Notes: generated by a model from the sequence alone, not told the origin. A stretch of 64,000 bases of DNA from an uncultured Gammaproteobacteria bacterium (GCA_964624315.1 CAZUWJ010000001.1:21160-85159), one strand, 5' to 3'. Numbered from the stretch's first letter, positions 49,337-59,509 are shown. Program-made: numbers and translations.

Positions 49337-50734
49337 TTAAAATATTTTATCTACAAAAACTATCGTACTAAAAAACCCAAAGAACAAAAATATTAAGAGA
49401 ATAATTATTCTTCGCCAAAGTCTAGGCTGGCATTCTTTTGGTAATAATTTATAATTTGTCCAATTAACAAGTCCGACATGCACGAACATAGCTACGGCAT
49501 TAATCACTGCTCCTAATATTATTAAAGTTTTTGGTTCATAAATATTAAACAAAAACAGAAGTACCCCAAAGGTAATCTGCGCCCAAACAAAAATAAAATA
49601 AATTTTTGAAAGTTCTAAAGTAGATTCAGGATTATTATGCAATTTTTTGATAGCTACATTTTCAGCCATAATCCTACTAGTAGAATCCATTACCCCTAGC
49701 TGGGTTTGAAAAAGCATTATTGACACTACGGTTAAAAAGAAAGTTCCCAACACCGGAAACAAGGCCTTGCCTATAACCATGCCTTCGCTAATAACAAAAT
49801 TTATCCCTTCACCATTTCCGACCTGCCCAAAAGTCGTAACGTATGACAGGAGCATTAAAAAACACATTGATAACAGCCCTATAAACCAAAACACAAACAG
49901 ATGTTCTAAGGAAATTAACTTCCACCATTTTTTAAAATTACTCAAATTTTCTTCTGTAATCTCAAAATCTTCACCTGATAATTTTAATTTTTGTTTTTTC
50001 TTTAAATTAGCAAAGAGTCCAGCAATTTTTTGAGAGTAAAACCCCATGCCATATCCTTTTTCTTTAATATAGATTGATTGGGTAAGATTTAAATTCCCAC
50101 CTGCTCCAGAATAAGCAAAAGCAGCCAAAAAAGTAGCCAAAGCTATGCCCCGAGGTAAAAACCAAAACCCGTCACCCTTGCCCACCAAACCTTGAAGTAA
50201 AATTCCCCAATCAATTTTAGTAGCCAATATAACAGTTAGAATAAAAATAAATGGCACGCCTAATAAAATAATAGTTCTAGTTAATTTTTCCATTAATCCA
50301 TAAACAGTTTTGCCAGAGGACAAAACCACTCCGATTAAAAGTAAAAAGCCAATGGCTAGCCATTTAAAACTTTCTATTCCAAGTACTACGGAAAAAACTT
50401 TGGCTGAGGCAGCAATAATCCCCGGCAAACCAAAACCAATAAACGTTGAAATTATAAACCAGTACGGAGCACGTTTAAAAATTTTTGCGATACCTACAAA
50501 AACGCTCTCACCTTTTACTAGAGCATAGCGCTCTATCTCCATGTTTATAAAATATTGGAATGTAATACCGAGCATCGCCCCCCAAGCTATCCCCAGGCCG
50601 TAATTTGAAGCCATATAAGGCCACAAGATAACTTCACCAGATCCAAGACCAAGGGCTAAGATAATAAAACTCGGACCAATCAATTTTTTAAATTTTGGTG
50701 GACGAGGAAATGGTTTGTAATTTTTATCTGACAT
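49337..50734 (-). CDS. Nramp-like multi-pass membrane transporter
   Basis: IGPSFI..ALGLGSGE..LWP, about 11 hydrophobic segments. Confidence 0.75.
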   Translation of the reverse strand: MSDKNYKPFPRPPKFKKLIGPSFIILALGLGSGEVILWPYMASNYGLGIAWGAMLGITFQYFINMEIERYALVKGESVFVGIAKIFKRAPYWFIISTFIGFGLPGIIAASAKVFSVVLGIESFKWLAIGFLLLIGVVLSSGKTVYGLMEKLTRTIILLGVPFIFILTVILATKIDWGILLQGLVGKGDGFWFLPRGIALATFLAAFAYSGAGGNLNLTQSIYIKEKGYGMGFYSQKIAGLFANLKKKQKLKLSGEDFEITEENLSNFKKWWKLISLEHLFVFWFIGLLSMCFLMLLSYVTTFGQVGNGEGINFVISEGMVIGKALFPVLGTFFLTVVSIMLFQTQLGVMDSTSRIMAENVAIKKLHNNPESTLELSKIYFIFVWAQITFGVLLFLFNIYEPKTLIILGAVINAVAMFVHVGLVNWTNYKLLPKECQPRLWRRIIILLIFLFFGFFSTIVFVDKIF

Positions 50735-50750
50735 AATTTAAAAGTAAAAT

Positions 50751-51803
50751 CTAAAACATCCTTCTCACTTTTCTCAAAAATTTGTAAAACAAATACTTTT
50801 TATTATTTAAGATAATATCCACTGTTCCTGCGTCTTCTTTATATTCTCCTCCAAACCCAAGTTTGAATCTAGTTACACCAGCGTATTGATGGTCTTTGTT
50901 ATATTCAAATTCTTTTTTAGATCCTTCGCTCCGCTCAGGATGACAAGAGGGCTCAGGATGACAAGAAAAGTCAGGATGGCAGTTAACACAAGGCGCTATC
51001 CCAAAAAAATCATAATATTTATAACCCAACTCTTTACCAAACTTTATTGCTCCCCATTGTAGTAAATTCGGAGCCATTAACTTCCTATATTCATAATCAG
51101 ACGCCCCATAAAGATAGGTAAAAGTATCGCCAAAGCCAATAAATACGCCTGTCGCCACTACCCCGTCATCTTTATAGGCATTTAACTGGTAACTCAAATC
51201 AAATTCTAAAATTTCTTTATAATGTTTTTTATCATGCAGTCTAAAACCATCTCTTTGTCCAGTTTCTTGCATCAAATTAAAAAATTTATCAAAATCTTTT
51301 TCTTTTTTTACAACCACACCTTTCCTTTCAGACAATCCAATATTATACCTAGTCTTTGAATGCATGTTTTGCAAAATTTCTTCTTCATTTTTTGATATAT
51401 CTAATACTAAAGTAGACTTAGGATTAATATCTTTAGAAAATATAAATTTAAAATCCGAAGCCTGTATTTGCTCTTTTGGTTCAATACGTAAAAATATACA
51501 CTTTTTTTCTATAAAATAATCACTCAAGGTTCTCAAAACTTCTGTTTTCTCATCATCACCATCAATAAAAACAGGGCCTTTGGGACAAAAAGCATATTTT
51601 AATCCAAAAAACAGATCACTATACACAACCTGACATTCAGCTTTTATCTCCTCACCATCTAAAACCGCTAACCTTTCCACTTTTTTACCTTCATTTTCTA
51701 AAATTTTACCCCATCTTGAGCTTTGAGAAAAAGAAGAAAAACAGCTATTTTCTACTAGCCATTCATCCCAGCTGTCATTATTTTGTATTTTTTTAACTTC
51801 CAT
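50751..51803 (-). CDS. FemAB/FemX peptidoglycan bridge aminoacyltransferase
   Basis: PKGPV, RIEP, KTRYNI, YLYGAS, YDFFGI, GVTRFKLGFGG; carries a REP-derived insert. Confidence 0.92.
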   Translation of the reverse strand: MEVKKIQNNDSWDEWLVENSCFSSFSQSSRWGKILENEGKKVERLAVLDGEEIKAECQVVYSDLFFGLKYAFCPKGPVFIDGDDEKTEVLRTLSDYFIEKKCIFLRIEPKEQIQASDFKFIFSKDINPKSTLVLDISKNEEEILQNMHSKTRYNIGLSERKGVVVKKEKDFDKFFNLMQETGQRDGFRLHDKKHYKEILEFDLSYQLNAYKDDGVVATGVFIGFGDTFTYLYGASDYEYRKLMAPNLLQWGAIKFGKELGYKYYDFFGIAPCVNCHPDFSCHPEPSCHPERSEGSKKEFEYNKDHQYAGVTRFKLGFGGEYKEDAGTVDIILNNKKYLFYKFLRKVRRMF

Positions 51804-51956
51804 AATACTAATGATAATTTAAAACAGCTTAAAAAGCAAGAAAACCTACATATATACAAACGTATGTGCGCCAATTTGTTAAATTATCTAAACATTGACA
51901 ATAAAGATAAAAAATGATAAAGTATCAACGTTATTTTTAAATTAAACTAATTTAAT

Positions 51957-52172
51957 ATGCCACATCCAAAAAAGAAAAGTACTAAAACTAGCAAAAAGAA
52001 CCGCGCATCACATTTTGCTTTGAAAAATCCAAATCCAATCAAATGTGAAAAATGCGGAGAACCAACAGCGCCACACAGAGCTTGCTCAAATTGTGGCACA
52101 TATAAAGGTAAAGCTGTTCTAGATACTGACAAAAGAATAAAGAGAGCCCAAAGAAGCAAGGGTAAAAAATAA
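51957..52172 (+). CDS. rpmF: 50S ribosomal protein L32
   Basis: PKKK...CEKCG...PHRACSNCGTYKG. Confidence 0.95.
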   Translation: MPHPKKKSTKTSKKNRASHFALKNPNPIKCEKCGEPTAPHRACSNCGTYKGKAVLDTDKRIKRAQRSKGKK

Positions 52173-52193
52173 TTCTTTAACTTTCTTAAAAAT

Positions 52194-52628
52194 ATGTCAT
52201 CACGCCACGTAGCCAGAAGTATAGCCATGCAATCCCTCTTTGAATGGGACTTTAACGGCCAGCCAACCGCTGGTTTACCGGTCATTGTAGAGCATAATCT
52301 AGTAGAATTTGGCTCTGGGTTAGATGACACAGAATTTACTCGTAAAACCATCGGTGGAGTTATAGAAAATTTGGCAAAGATAGATAAACTCATTGTCTCT
52401 TACGCTCCAGAGTGGCCAATCGAACAAATTACTATCATTGATAGGAATATTTTGCGTATTGGAGTTTACGAATTAAAATTCAACAAAGATATTCCACCGA
52501 AAGTAGCCATTAATGAAGCTATTGAACTAGCCAAGAGTTACGGAGGACCATCTTCAGGCAAATTCGTAAATGGTGTCTTGGGTTCAATGTATAAAGATTT
52601 AGAAAAAGAAAAAACAAATTCTAAATAA
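52194..52628 (+). CDS. nusB: Transcription antitermination factor NusB
   Basis: [32 protein letters not shown]. Confidence 0.96.
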   Translation: MSSRHVARSIAMQSLFEWDFNGQPTAGLPVIVEHNLVEFGSGLDDTEFTRKTIGGVIENLAKIDKLIVSYAPEWPIEQITIIDRNILRIGVYELKFNKDIPPKVAINEAIELAKSYGGPSSGKFVNGVLGSMYKDLEKEKTNSK

Positions 52629-52650
52629 ATATCTCAATTAAATTTAAACT

Positions 52651-53409
52651 ATGGAAATTAGCGAATTAAAAGAAAAAAACTTTGACTTACTGCAAAAAAA
52701 AATTGACGTCAAATTTAATGATGAAAAAATTTTATTACAAGCCTTTATACATCGTTCATACATAAATGAACACCGAGATTTTCCTATCAACCACAACGAA
52801 CGTTTAGAATTTTTAGGTGATGCTGTTTTGGAGCTAATAGTAACGGATTACTTATATAATGAATATTCTAATCCAGAAGGAGAATTAACTAACTGGAGGG
52901 CAGCTTTGGTAAATGCAAAAATGCTAGCTAGCATTGCGTATGAGATAGGAGCTGAACCATATTTATTTTTAAGTCACGGTGAATCAAAAGATGCTGGCAC
53001 CAAAGCAAGGGACTATATAATGGCCAATGCTATGGAAGCGATTATTGGAGCCATCTATTGTGATCAAGGATATGATGTGACTAAAAAATTTATAACTCGT
53101 TGGGTTATATCAAAATTACCACATGTATTAGAGCATGGACTTTACATGGATTCAAAAAGTAGATTCCAAGAATCAGCCCAAGAAACAGTCGGAGTAACTC
53201 CAACTTACAAAGTTTTAGAAGAAACCGGTCCAGATCATGATAAACAATTTAAAATCGGAGTATTCTTAGAAAAAGAAATGGTAGCCGAAGGAGTTGGAAC
53301 TAGCAAACAAGAAGCTCAAACTGATGCTGCTGAAAATGGTTTAAAAGTAAAAAAATGGAAAGGCCCTAAAGTAAATATAATTAAAAGAGATCCTAAAGAT
53401 CTTGTTTAA
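52651..53409 (+). CDS. rnc: Ribonuclease III
   Basis: HNERLEFLGDAVL signature, dsRBD. Confidence 0.97.
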   Translation: MEISELKEKNFDLLQKKIDVKFNDEKILLQAFIHRSYINEHRDFPINHNERLEFLGDAVLELIVTDYLYNEYSNPEGELTNWRAALVNAKMLASIAYEIGAEPYLFLSHGESKDAGTKARDYIMANAMEAIIGAIYCDQGYDVTKKFITRWVISKLPHVLEHGLYMDSKSRFQESAQETVGVTPTYKVLEETGPDHDKQFKIGVFLEKEMVAEGVGTSKQEAQTDAAENGLKVKKWKGPKVNIIKRDPKDLV

Positions 53410-53419
53410 AAAAACTAAT

Positions 53420-53537
53420 TGTCATTCCGACCGTAGTCCGCCGAAGGAGGCGGACGAAGCGGAGGAATCTTTCTGTATAATTACCAAAAAAGATCTCTCC
53501 ATTTCGTTCGTATCCACTCACTTCAGTCGAGATGACA
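53420..53537. repeat. REP-like palindromic element
   Basis: TGTCATTCCGAC..GGAGGAATCT ... AGATCTCTCC..GAGATGACA. Confidence 0.8.
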
Positions 53538-53565
53538 GTATTATCACAAACTGATAATTTAACCT

Positions 53566-53638
53566 GGGTCGCTAGCTCAGTTGGTAGAGCAGGTCCCTCT
53601 TAAGGACAAGGTCCAGGGTTCGATCCCCTGGCGACCCA
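53566..53638 (+). tRNA. tRNA-Lys(CTT)
   Basis: GGGTCGC/GCGACCC acceptor, GTCC-CTCTTAA-GGAC anticodon arm. Confidence 0.93.
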
Positions 53639-53646
53639 CACTAATA

Positions 53647-53718
53647 GCCCCTGTAGTGAAATGGATATCATGCTTGGCTTCGGACTAAGTGTTCCGGGTT
53701 CGAATCCTGGTGGGGGCA
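53647..53718 (+). tRNA. tRNA-Arg(TCG)
   Basis: GCCCCTG/TGGGGGC acceptor, CTTGG-CTTCGGA-CTAAG anticodon arm. Confidence 0.92.
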
Positions 53719-53791
53719 CAAAATATTAAAAATAAAAAATACTCCAGCAAATGGAGTATTTTTTATTTCGAGACATCTTCCCCAAATTATA

Positions 53792-54541
53792 TTATTTTAC
53801 AAACCCGACTAATTCAACCTGATCTTTATACTCAACCACCAAATCTTTTAATTCATTTTTTAATTCTTTTAATTGAGTTTCATCATTTGCGACAACTATA
53901 ACTAAAAATGGATTATCATTTGTAAATAATTCTCCAAACCCATGACCGCCCAAAGCAATTTCAATCGCGATTTTTACATTTGCAACACTGTGATCAATAT
54001 CAAATGCCCAACGACTAACTACAAATCCGCTTGGCATATCTGTTAAGCTAATAGGGTTAACACCGCCCACACCATCATAATAAACAGATCTAGCAGTATG
54101 TAATTCTTTTGGTCTTAACATCTCCGCCTTATCCATATGGCGATGTTTAATATCTTCGCCTGACAAATCCTTCATTTTATTTACCAACTCCAAAGCAAAA
54201 TCGCGACCATAGTCATCTGATTTTTCTAATTCTTTATTATTTAATTTAGTCCAAATACCCGCTGCTCCACACCAGTCATGACTAGTAACTTCTGTTACGC
54301 CAGCTTGTAACATTTTCTCAGCTACATAATCTAAACCTTTATCGTGCAATATACCAGAACCACCTATTCTAACTTTTCCATATGAGCAACCTTCGTCCAT
54401 ACAAGTGCAATCAACCCTATCTAAATCAGAAAACAAACTATTTTTATTTTCTAATTTAAAAAAATAACTTTGGCTTCCCTCACTTAAGATATTTTTTATC
54501 TTTTGATTTTCTTCTTCAAAAAATTCTTTTTTATTTTCCAT
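53792..54541 (-). CDS. Hypothetical protein with carbonic-anhydrase-like Cys/His metal motifs
   Basis: CMDEG ... SHDWCGA resemble the CxD...HxxC ligands of beta/Cd-type carbonic anhydrases. Confidence 0.55.
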   Translation of the reverse strand: MENKKEFFEEENQKIKNILSEGSQSYFFKLENKNSLFSDLDRVDCTCMDEGCSYGKVRIGGSGILHDKGLDYVAEKMLQAGVTEVTSHDWCGAAGIWTKLNNKELEKSDDYGRDFALELVNKMKDLSGEDIKHRHMDKAEMLRPKELHTARSVYYDGVGGVNPISLTDMPSGFVVSRWAFDIDHSVANVKIAIEIALGGHGFGELFTNDNPFLVIVVANDETQLKELKNELKDLVVEYKDQVELVGFVK

Positions 54542-54814
54542 AAAAAAATTTAAAAATTATATTTTCATACTACTCTTATTTTTTTTTGAAGTCAACTTTT
54601 GAAAATAAAAACTAAAATTAAAAAACTGTGCATAACTTTTCATAAAACTATTTCTTTTTTTGTAAAAAAAACTTATAATACATATGTCGAAAGTTTTTTT
54701 ACATAAATGCTTGTGTGTAAAAACTTCAAGAAAATTTTGAAGATATGCCCTAGGGTATTTTCAAAATAAATTCTTGTTTTAAATCTCAACTTATTAAGGA
54801 AGGAGGTGAACACT

Positions 54815-55042
54815 ATGCCACCTAAGAAAAAACCAGCAAAAAGAAAAGTAACTAAGAAAAAAGTTGCTAAAAGAAAAGTTACAAAAAGGAAACCGGCTAA
54901 AAAGAAAGCTGCTCCTAAAAGAAAAGTAGCTAAGAAAAAACCGGCAAAGAAAAAAGCTGCTAAAAGGAAACCGGCTAAAAAGAAAGCTGCTCCTAAAAGA
55001 AAAGTAGCTAAGAAAAAACCGGCTAAACGTAAGAAAAGATAA
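54815..55042 (+). CDS. Histone H1-like Lys/Ala/Pro-rich basic protein
   Basis: AAGGAGGTG RBS, KKKPAKRK repeats, internal 62-bp duplication, strong terminator. Confidence 0.85.
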   Translation: MPPKKKPAKRKVTKKKVAKRKVTKRKPAKKKAAPKRKVAKKKPAKKKAAKRKPAKKKAAPKRKVAKKKPAKRKKR

Positions 55043-55048
55043 TCTTAC

Positions 55049-55090
55049 AAAAATAAAATTACCCCGCTTTTGGCGGGGTAATTTTATTTT
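55049..55090. terminator. Bidirectional terminator
   Basis: AAAATAAAATTACCCCGC-TTTTG-GCGGGGTAATTTTATTTT. Confidence 0.85.
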
Positions 55091-55095
55091 TGTAA

Positions 55096-56361
55096 TTAAT
55101 CTAACTCTAAACCAACTTGTACAAAATCCCCTCTATCTTTTTTATCTTTAAAAACTTTTACAATACCAAACTCTCCATCATAGCCAGGTATCACATAAAC
55201 ATTACCCTCCCTCACTCTTTTGATAGCCTCGACAATTTTTTTGTCAGTTACATTTTTAATATCTTCTAAACTAACATCTAACAATATACCAAATTCATTC
55301 CCTAATTTTGATATCATCTCATCATACTGTAACTTAACTTTTTTTGTATTTACTCCGCACCCAAAAGTATCAGCCAAAATTTCAGGTAAAGGCACTAAGC
55401 TTTTATATGGGATTCTGTCTACACCGCTATTATCATTTTTATCAGACAACTCATTTATTCTATTTAAAACCCCAACTGTCAGTTTCTTTTTACATTTTGG
55501 GCAAATACCTTTTAATTTTTTTGTTTCTTCTGGCTCGCAAGAAAAATGACAATTGCGACAACCATCTGTATGATACTTTCCTTCTTCTGGATAAAATTCT
55601 ATTGTGTATAAAAATTTCTTTTTGTCTCCTGTTCTAAATATTCTCATTATTTCATTATAATTTATATCTTTTTCATCTTTAAAATCTAAAACATTTGCTT
55701 CTCTACCTAGTTTTTGCAAACTATGGGCATCAGAATTTGAAACCAACGTAATATTATCTAACATTGGCACTTGCCAATTCATCAGAGGGTCAGATGACAA
55801 ACCAGTCTCAATTGCAAAAATATGAGGAGTTAACTCTTCAAACGCATCTTCTAAACTATCATAACCACCTTTAGATCCTAAAATACCAAACCAAGGCGTC
55901 CAAGCGTGCGCTGGAATCATCACCATGCGATCATCAACCCCTAATATCAACTCCAAAAGTTGTTTAGCAGTTAAACCTATAATAGGACGCCCGTCTGATT
56001 TTAAATTAAAACCATCTTTTTCTAATTTTTTATTAAATTTTTCTGCAATTTCTATATTAGGAGCAAAAACACATAAATGAACGCGTCTAGTTTTATCTTT
56101 ATGTTTTTTGATAACTGCTAATTCTGTTCCAATAATGAATTTTGTTGGGCTTGACCCATCTTTTAATTTATAAATTCCAGAAGTATCCTCTACTAGATTT
56201 TCTTTTATATGTTCAAACCAGCCCGGATGAGTAAAGTCCCCGGTTGAAACTATATCTATTCCCCTTACCTCGCAAGCTTTAGCAATTTTGGGCAATACCA
56301 ACTCTGGGGAACAAGCTCGAGAATATTTTGAATGGATATGAAGGTCTAGGATTTTTTTCAT
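55096..56361 (-). CDS. Endonuclease Q family protein (PHP domain)
   Basis: DLHIHSKYSRACS, TGDFTHP, PAHAWTPWF, SNSDAHS, GKYH..C..C, PGYDGEFG. Confidence 0.9.
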   Translation of the reverse strand: MKKILDLHIHSKYSRACSPELVLPKIAKACEVRGIDIVSTGDFTHPGWFEHIKENLVEDTSGIYKLKDGSSPTKFIIGTELAVIKKHKDKTRRVHLCVFAPNIEIAEKFNKKLEKDGFNLKSDGRPIIGLTAKQLLELILGVDDRMVMIPAHAWTPWFGILGSKGGYDSLEDAFEELTPHIFAIETGLSSDPLMNWQVPMLDNITLVSNSDAHSLQKLGREANVLDFKDEKDINYNEIMRIFRTGDKKKFLYTIEFYPEEGKYHTDGCRNCHFSCEPEETKKLKGICPKCKKKLTVGVLNRINELSDKNDNSGVDRIPYKSLVPLPEILADTFGCGVNTKKVKLQYDEMISKLGNEFGILLDVSLEDIKNVTDKKIVEAIKRVREGNVYVIPGYDGEFGIVKVFKDKKDRGDFVQVGLELD

Positions 56362-56365
56362 AAAA

Positions 56366-56695
56366 CTATAAATTTATTCTAAATTCTTTTCCATAATCCT
56401 CAAAGCCTAAACCTAAATAAAGTTTATGGACTTTTTCTCTTTCATAACGACTAGTGCCAATCAATTTATAACATCCTTGTTTTTTGGCTTCTTCTACCGC
56501 AGCTCTTATAATTTCTTTACCACGACCCTGGCCACGATGTACTTCTGACACAAAAACATCTTCCAACAAAGCATACGGCTCATTGTGTAAACCATTAAAA
56601 ATAATATAAATATAAGCACGAGCGATTTCCACCCCTTCATTTTTAATAAAAATTTTTATTGCTCGACTGGTTTTTTCAGTTGTTTTATAACTCAT
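56366..56695 (-). CDS. GNAT acetyltransferase (GNA1-like)
   Basis: LLEDVFV...RGQG.G...AK..GCYKL motif. Confidence 0.8.
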   Translation of the reverse strand: MSYKTTEKTSRAIKIFIKNEGVEIARAYIYIIFNGLHNEPYALLEDVFVSEVHRGQGRGKEIIRAAVEEAKKQGCYKLIGTSRYEREKVHKLYLGLGFEDYGKEFRINL

Positions 56696-56699
56696 ATTT

Positions 56700-57650
56700 T
56701 TATATTATTATTTCTTTTAAAATTTTACCCAATTTATTCGGATCCAAACCACCTTCTTCTTTTTCAAAATCTTTAAAAACCAATCTACTCTTATCTATAT
56801 TTTCTAAATCAAAATCTACTAAATACCATTTTTTTTCTTCATACTTCTTTTTGACATCACTATCCAAAATAGTATCATTAGCAATAACCACATCTATTTT
56901 TCTTGGTAAATACATCTCTAATTCACCTACAAAATCACTCAATTTTGTTGGGCCAGTTTCTCCGACACCTTCATAGGCATTGCCTACTACTTGAATTAAT
57001 TTAGCATTTGATTTATTTATCGCTTCTTTTATTCCTAAAGGCAAAATAGAAGCCACTATACTGGTATAAAGACTACCCGGACCAAGTATAATATAATCAG
57101 CTTCTCCAATAACTTTTACCGCTTCTTCCGAAGCTTCAACCCGTGGCTCAAGACCTAATTTTTTAATTCGCAAACTCCTATCATATTCAGGGCGATCGAT
57201 TAAACCTTCTGTTTTTACAATATCACCATTATCAAGTTCAGCTATTAAATCAGAAACTCCGAGGCTAGCCGGGTAAACATGTCCAGCAGCTTCCACAGCT
57301 TGCTCTAAAGCTCTGACAGCCGACATCCAATCACCGGCATACTGTTCTGCTAAAACTAAAAATATATTGCCTAAATCATGATTGTCTAATTTACCGGCAC
57401 CACTAAAACGGTTGCTATAAAAAATTTGTTTTAAAAATGTATAATCATATTTTGACATAGCTAATATTGCTCGCAAAATATCACCCGCTGGTAAAGTATT
57501 AAATTCTTTTCGTAAACTTCCTGAAGATCCAGTAGAATCACTCATAGAAATAACAGCTGACAATTCAATATTATCTATATTTTGTTTCAAGGCGTTAATT
57601 GATATGGCACTACCGTTGCCTCCGCCTATAACGACAATTTTTTTTTTCAT
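56700..57650 (-). CDS. YvcK/GlmR (CofD-like) protein
   Basis: VVIGGGNG, DSTGSSG.LR, AGD, GPGSLYTSI. Confidence 0.9.
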   Translation of the reverse strand: MKKKIVVIGGGNGSAISINALKQNIDNIELSAVISMSDSTGSSGSLRKEFNTLPAGDILRAILAMSKYDYTFLKQIFYSNRFSGAGKLDNHDLGNIFLVLAEQYAGDWMSAVRALEQAVEAAGHVYPASLGVSDLIAELDNGDIVKTEGLIDRPEYDRSLRIKKLGLEPRVEASEEAVKVIGEADYIILGPGSLYTSIVASILPLGIKEAINKSNAKLIQVVGNAYEGVGETGPTKLSDFVGELEMYLPRKIDVVIANDTILDSDVKKKYEEKKWYLVDFDLENIDKSRLVFKDFEKEEGGLDPNKLGKILKEIII

Positions 57651-57662
57651 ATTTTTTTAGTT

Positions 57663-59486
57663 TTATTCAACAGTCACACTCTTCGCCAAATTACGAGGTC
57701 TGTCTACATCTCTCTTAAGCATAACTGCAACATGGTAGGCAAACATCTGCAAAGGTATGGTATTTAAAAGTGGTTCCAAAAGCTCCATTGTATTTGGTAC
57801 ATAAATTACATCCTCCGACAATTCTTTTACTTTTTCATCACCATCGGTAGCAAGTAAAATTAACGGAGACTTACGAGCTTTTACTTCTTCTATATTACTT
57901 CTCATTTTTTCATAGAGCTGATCTTTTACCATAATACCAAACACAGGAAAATCTTCTGAGAGCAGAGCAATCGGACCATGTTTTAATTCTCCACCCGGAT
58001 AACCTTCGCTATGAATATAAGAAATTTCTTTTAACTTTAGAGATCCTTCAAGAGCAACTGGAAAATTTATTCCTCGCCCTAAAAAAAACATATTTTTTGA
58101 ATCTTTATATTTTTTGGCAATTTCTTTTATTCTATCATTTTGTTCAAAAATTTTATTCATCTTTTCTGGGATTTCGAGTAATGCGCTAATTAATCTTTGT
58201 CCGGTTGCCAAAGTGACGCGCTTTAGACGGCCCAGCTGAATAGCATACAAAATCATAATAGCCACCATATTGGTGTAGGCTTTTGTAGAAGCTACTGCCA
58301 ACTCTGGACCAGCATGAATATAGCTTCCACCCTCAGTCTCTCGTGCAATGGTAGAACCCACTACATTTACAATTCCCCGCACAAAAACACCTTTGCGCTT
58401 TGCTTCTCTTACAGCTGCCAAAGTATCAGCAGTTTCTCCAGACTGAGAAATAGCAAACACCAAAGTCTTTTTGTTAATTATTGGATCACGATAACGAAAT
58501 TCTGAGGCAACATCTACTTCGCAAGGAATACCAGCTAAACGTTCAAACGCATATTTACCGGCCATCGCTGCATAACTAGCTGTGCCACAGGCAATAATAA
58601 CAATACGCTCCACAGATCTCATCTCCTCATCTGTCATATTAAGTCCACCAAGATGAGCAGTTCCTTCTTCCATATTTATACGACCGCGAATAGCATCTTC
58701 AAATACAGTTGGCTGGTCATGTATTTCTTTTAACATAAAATGTTCATAACCCAATTTCTGTGCCTGACTTTCATCCCAGTTAATTTCTTCTACACATTTA
58801 ACAATATTTTCATCTTTCAAATTAAAAGTTTCCAAACTACCTGCCTTAATCACCGCTAATTCACCATCATCTAAAAATATAACTTTTTTAGTATAAGCGA
58901 GCATCGGAGAAGCATCCGAAGCAATATAATATCCGTCATCTCCCATGCCGATTACTATTGGACTTCCTAAACGGGCTACCACTAACTCATCCGGATGATC
59001 TTCATGCAAAGCTACCAAACCATATGTACCCCGAACTAAAGCCAAAGCTTTTAAAACTGCTTCATGTAAATCACCAGTATAATTTTTGTCTATTAAATGT
59101 GCTAGCACTTCAGTATCGGTTTCTGTTTTGAATTCTACGTCTCCCAAAAATTCTTCTTTTAAATCACGATAATTTTCTATAATACCATTGTGAACAATAG
59201 ATAACTTACCAGAAAAACCAAAATGAGGGTGAGCATTTTCTTCGGTCACCCCGCCATGCGTAGCCCAACGAGTATGAGCAATACCAATATGACTCTCCGA
59301 AATTTGGCCATTTAATTTTTTTGATAATTCTTCTATCTTTCCAACAGCCCTCACCCTTACCAATTTTTTATCATCAATCAAAGCAACTCCAGCACTGTCA
59401 TAGCCACGATATTCTAAACGTTCTAAACCTTTTATTAAAATAGGTAAAGCTTGTTTTTGACCAATGTAACCTATAATTCCACACAT
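57663..59486 (-). CDS. glmS: Glutamine--fructose-6-phosphate aminotransferase
   Basis: MCGIIG, LEYRGYDSAG, HTRWATHG, PRNLAKSVTVE. Confidence 0.98.
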   Translation of the reverse strand: MCGIIGYIGQKQALPILIKGLERLEYRGYDSAGVALIDDKKLVRVRAVGKIEELSKKLNGQISESHIGIAHTRWATHGGVTEENAHPHFGFSGKLSIVHNGIIENYRDLKEEFLGDVEFKTETDTEVLAHLIDKNYTGDLHEAVLKALALVRGTYGLVALHEDHPDELVVARLGSPIVIGMGDDGYYIASDASPMLAYTKKVIFLDDGELAVIKAGSLETFNLKDENIVKCVEEINWDESQAQKLGYEHFMLKEIHDQPTVFEDAIRGRINMEEGTAHLGGLNMTDEEMRSVERIVIIACGTASYAAMAGKYAFERLAGIPCEVDVASEFRYRDPIINKKTLVFAISQSGETADTLAAVREAKRKGVFVRGIVNVVGSTIARETEGGSYIHAGPELAVASTKAYTNMVAIMILYAIQLGRLKRVTLATGQRLISALLEIPEKMNKIFEQNDRIKEIAKKYKDSKNMFFLGRGINFPVALEGSLKLKEISYIHSEGYPGGELKHGPIALLSEDFPVFGIMVKDQLYEKMRSNIEEVKARKSPLILLATDGDEKVKELSEDVIYVPNTMELLEPLLNTIPLQMFAYHVAVMLKRDVDRPRNLAKSVTVE

Positions 59487-59509
59487 AAATTTAATTTTTA
59501 ATTTCTAAT

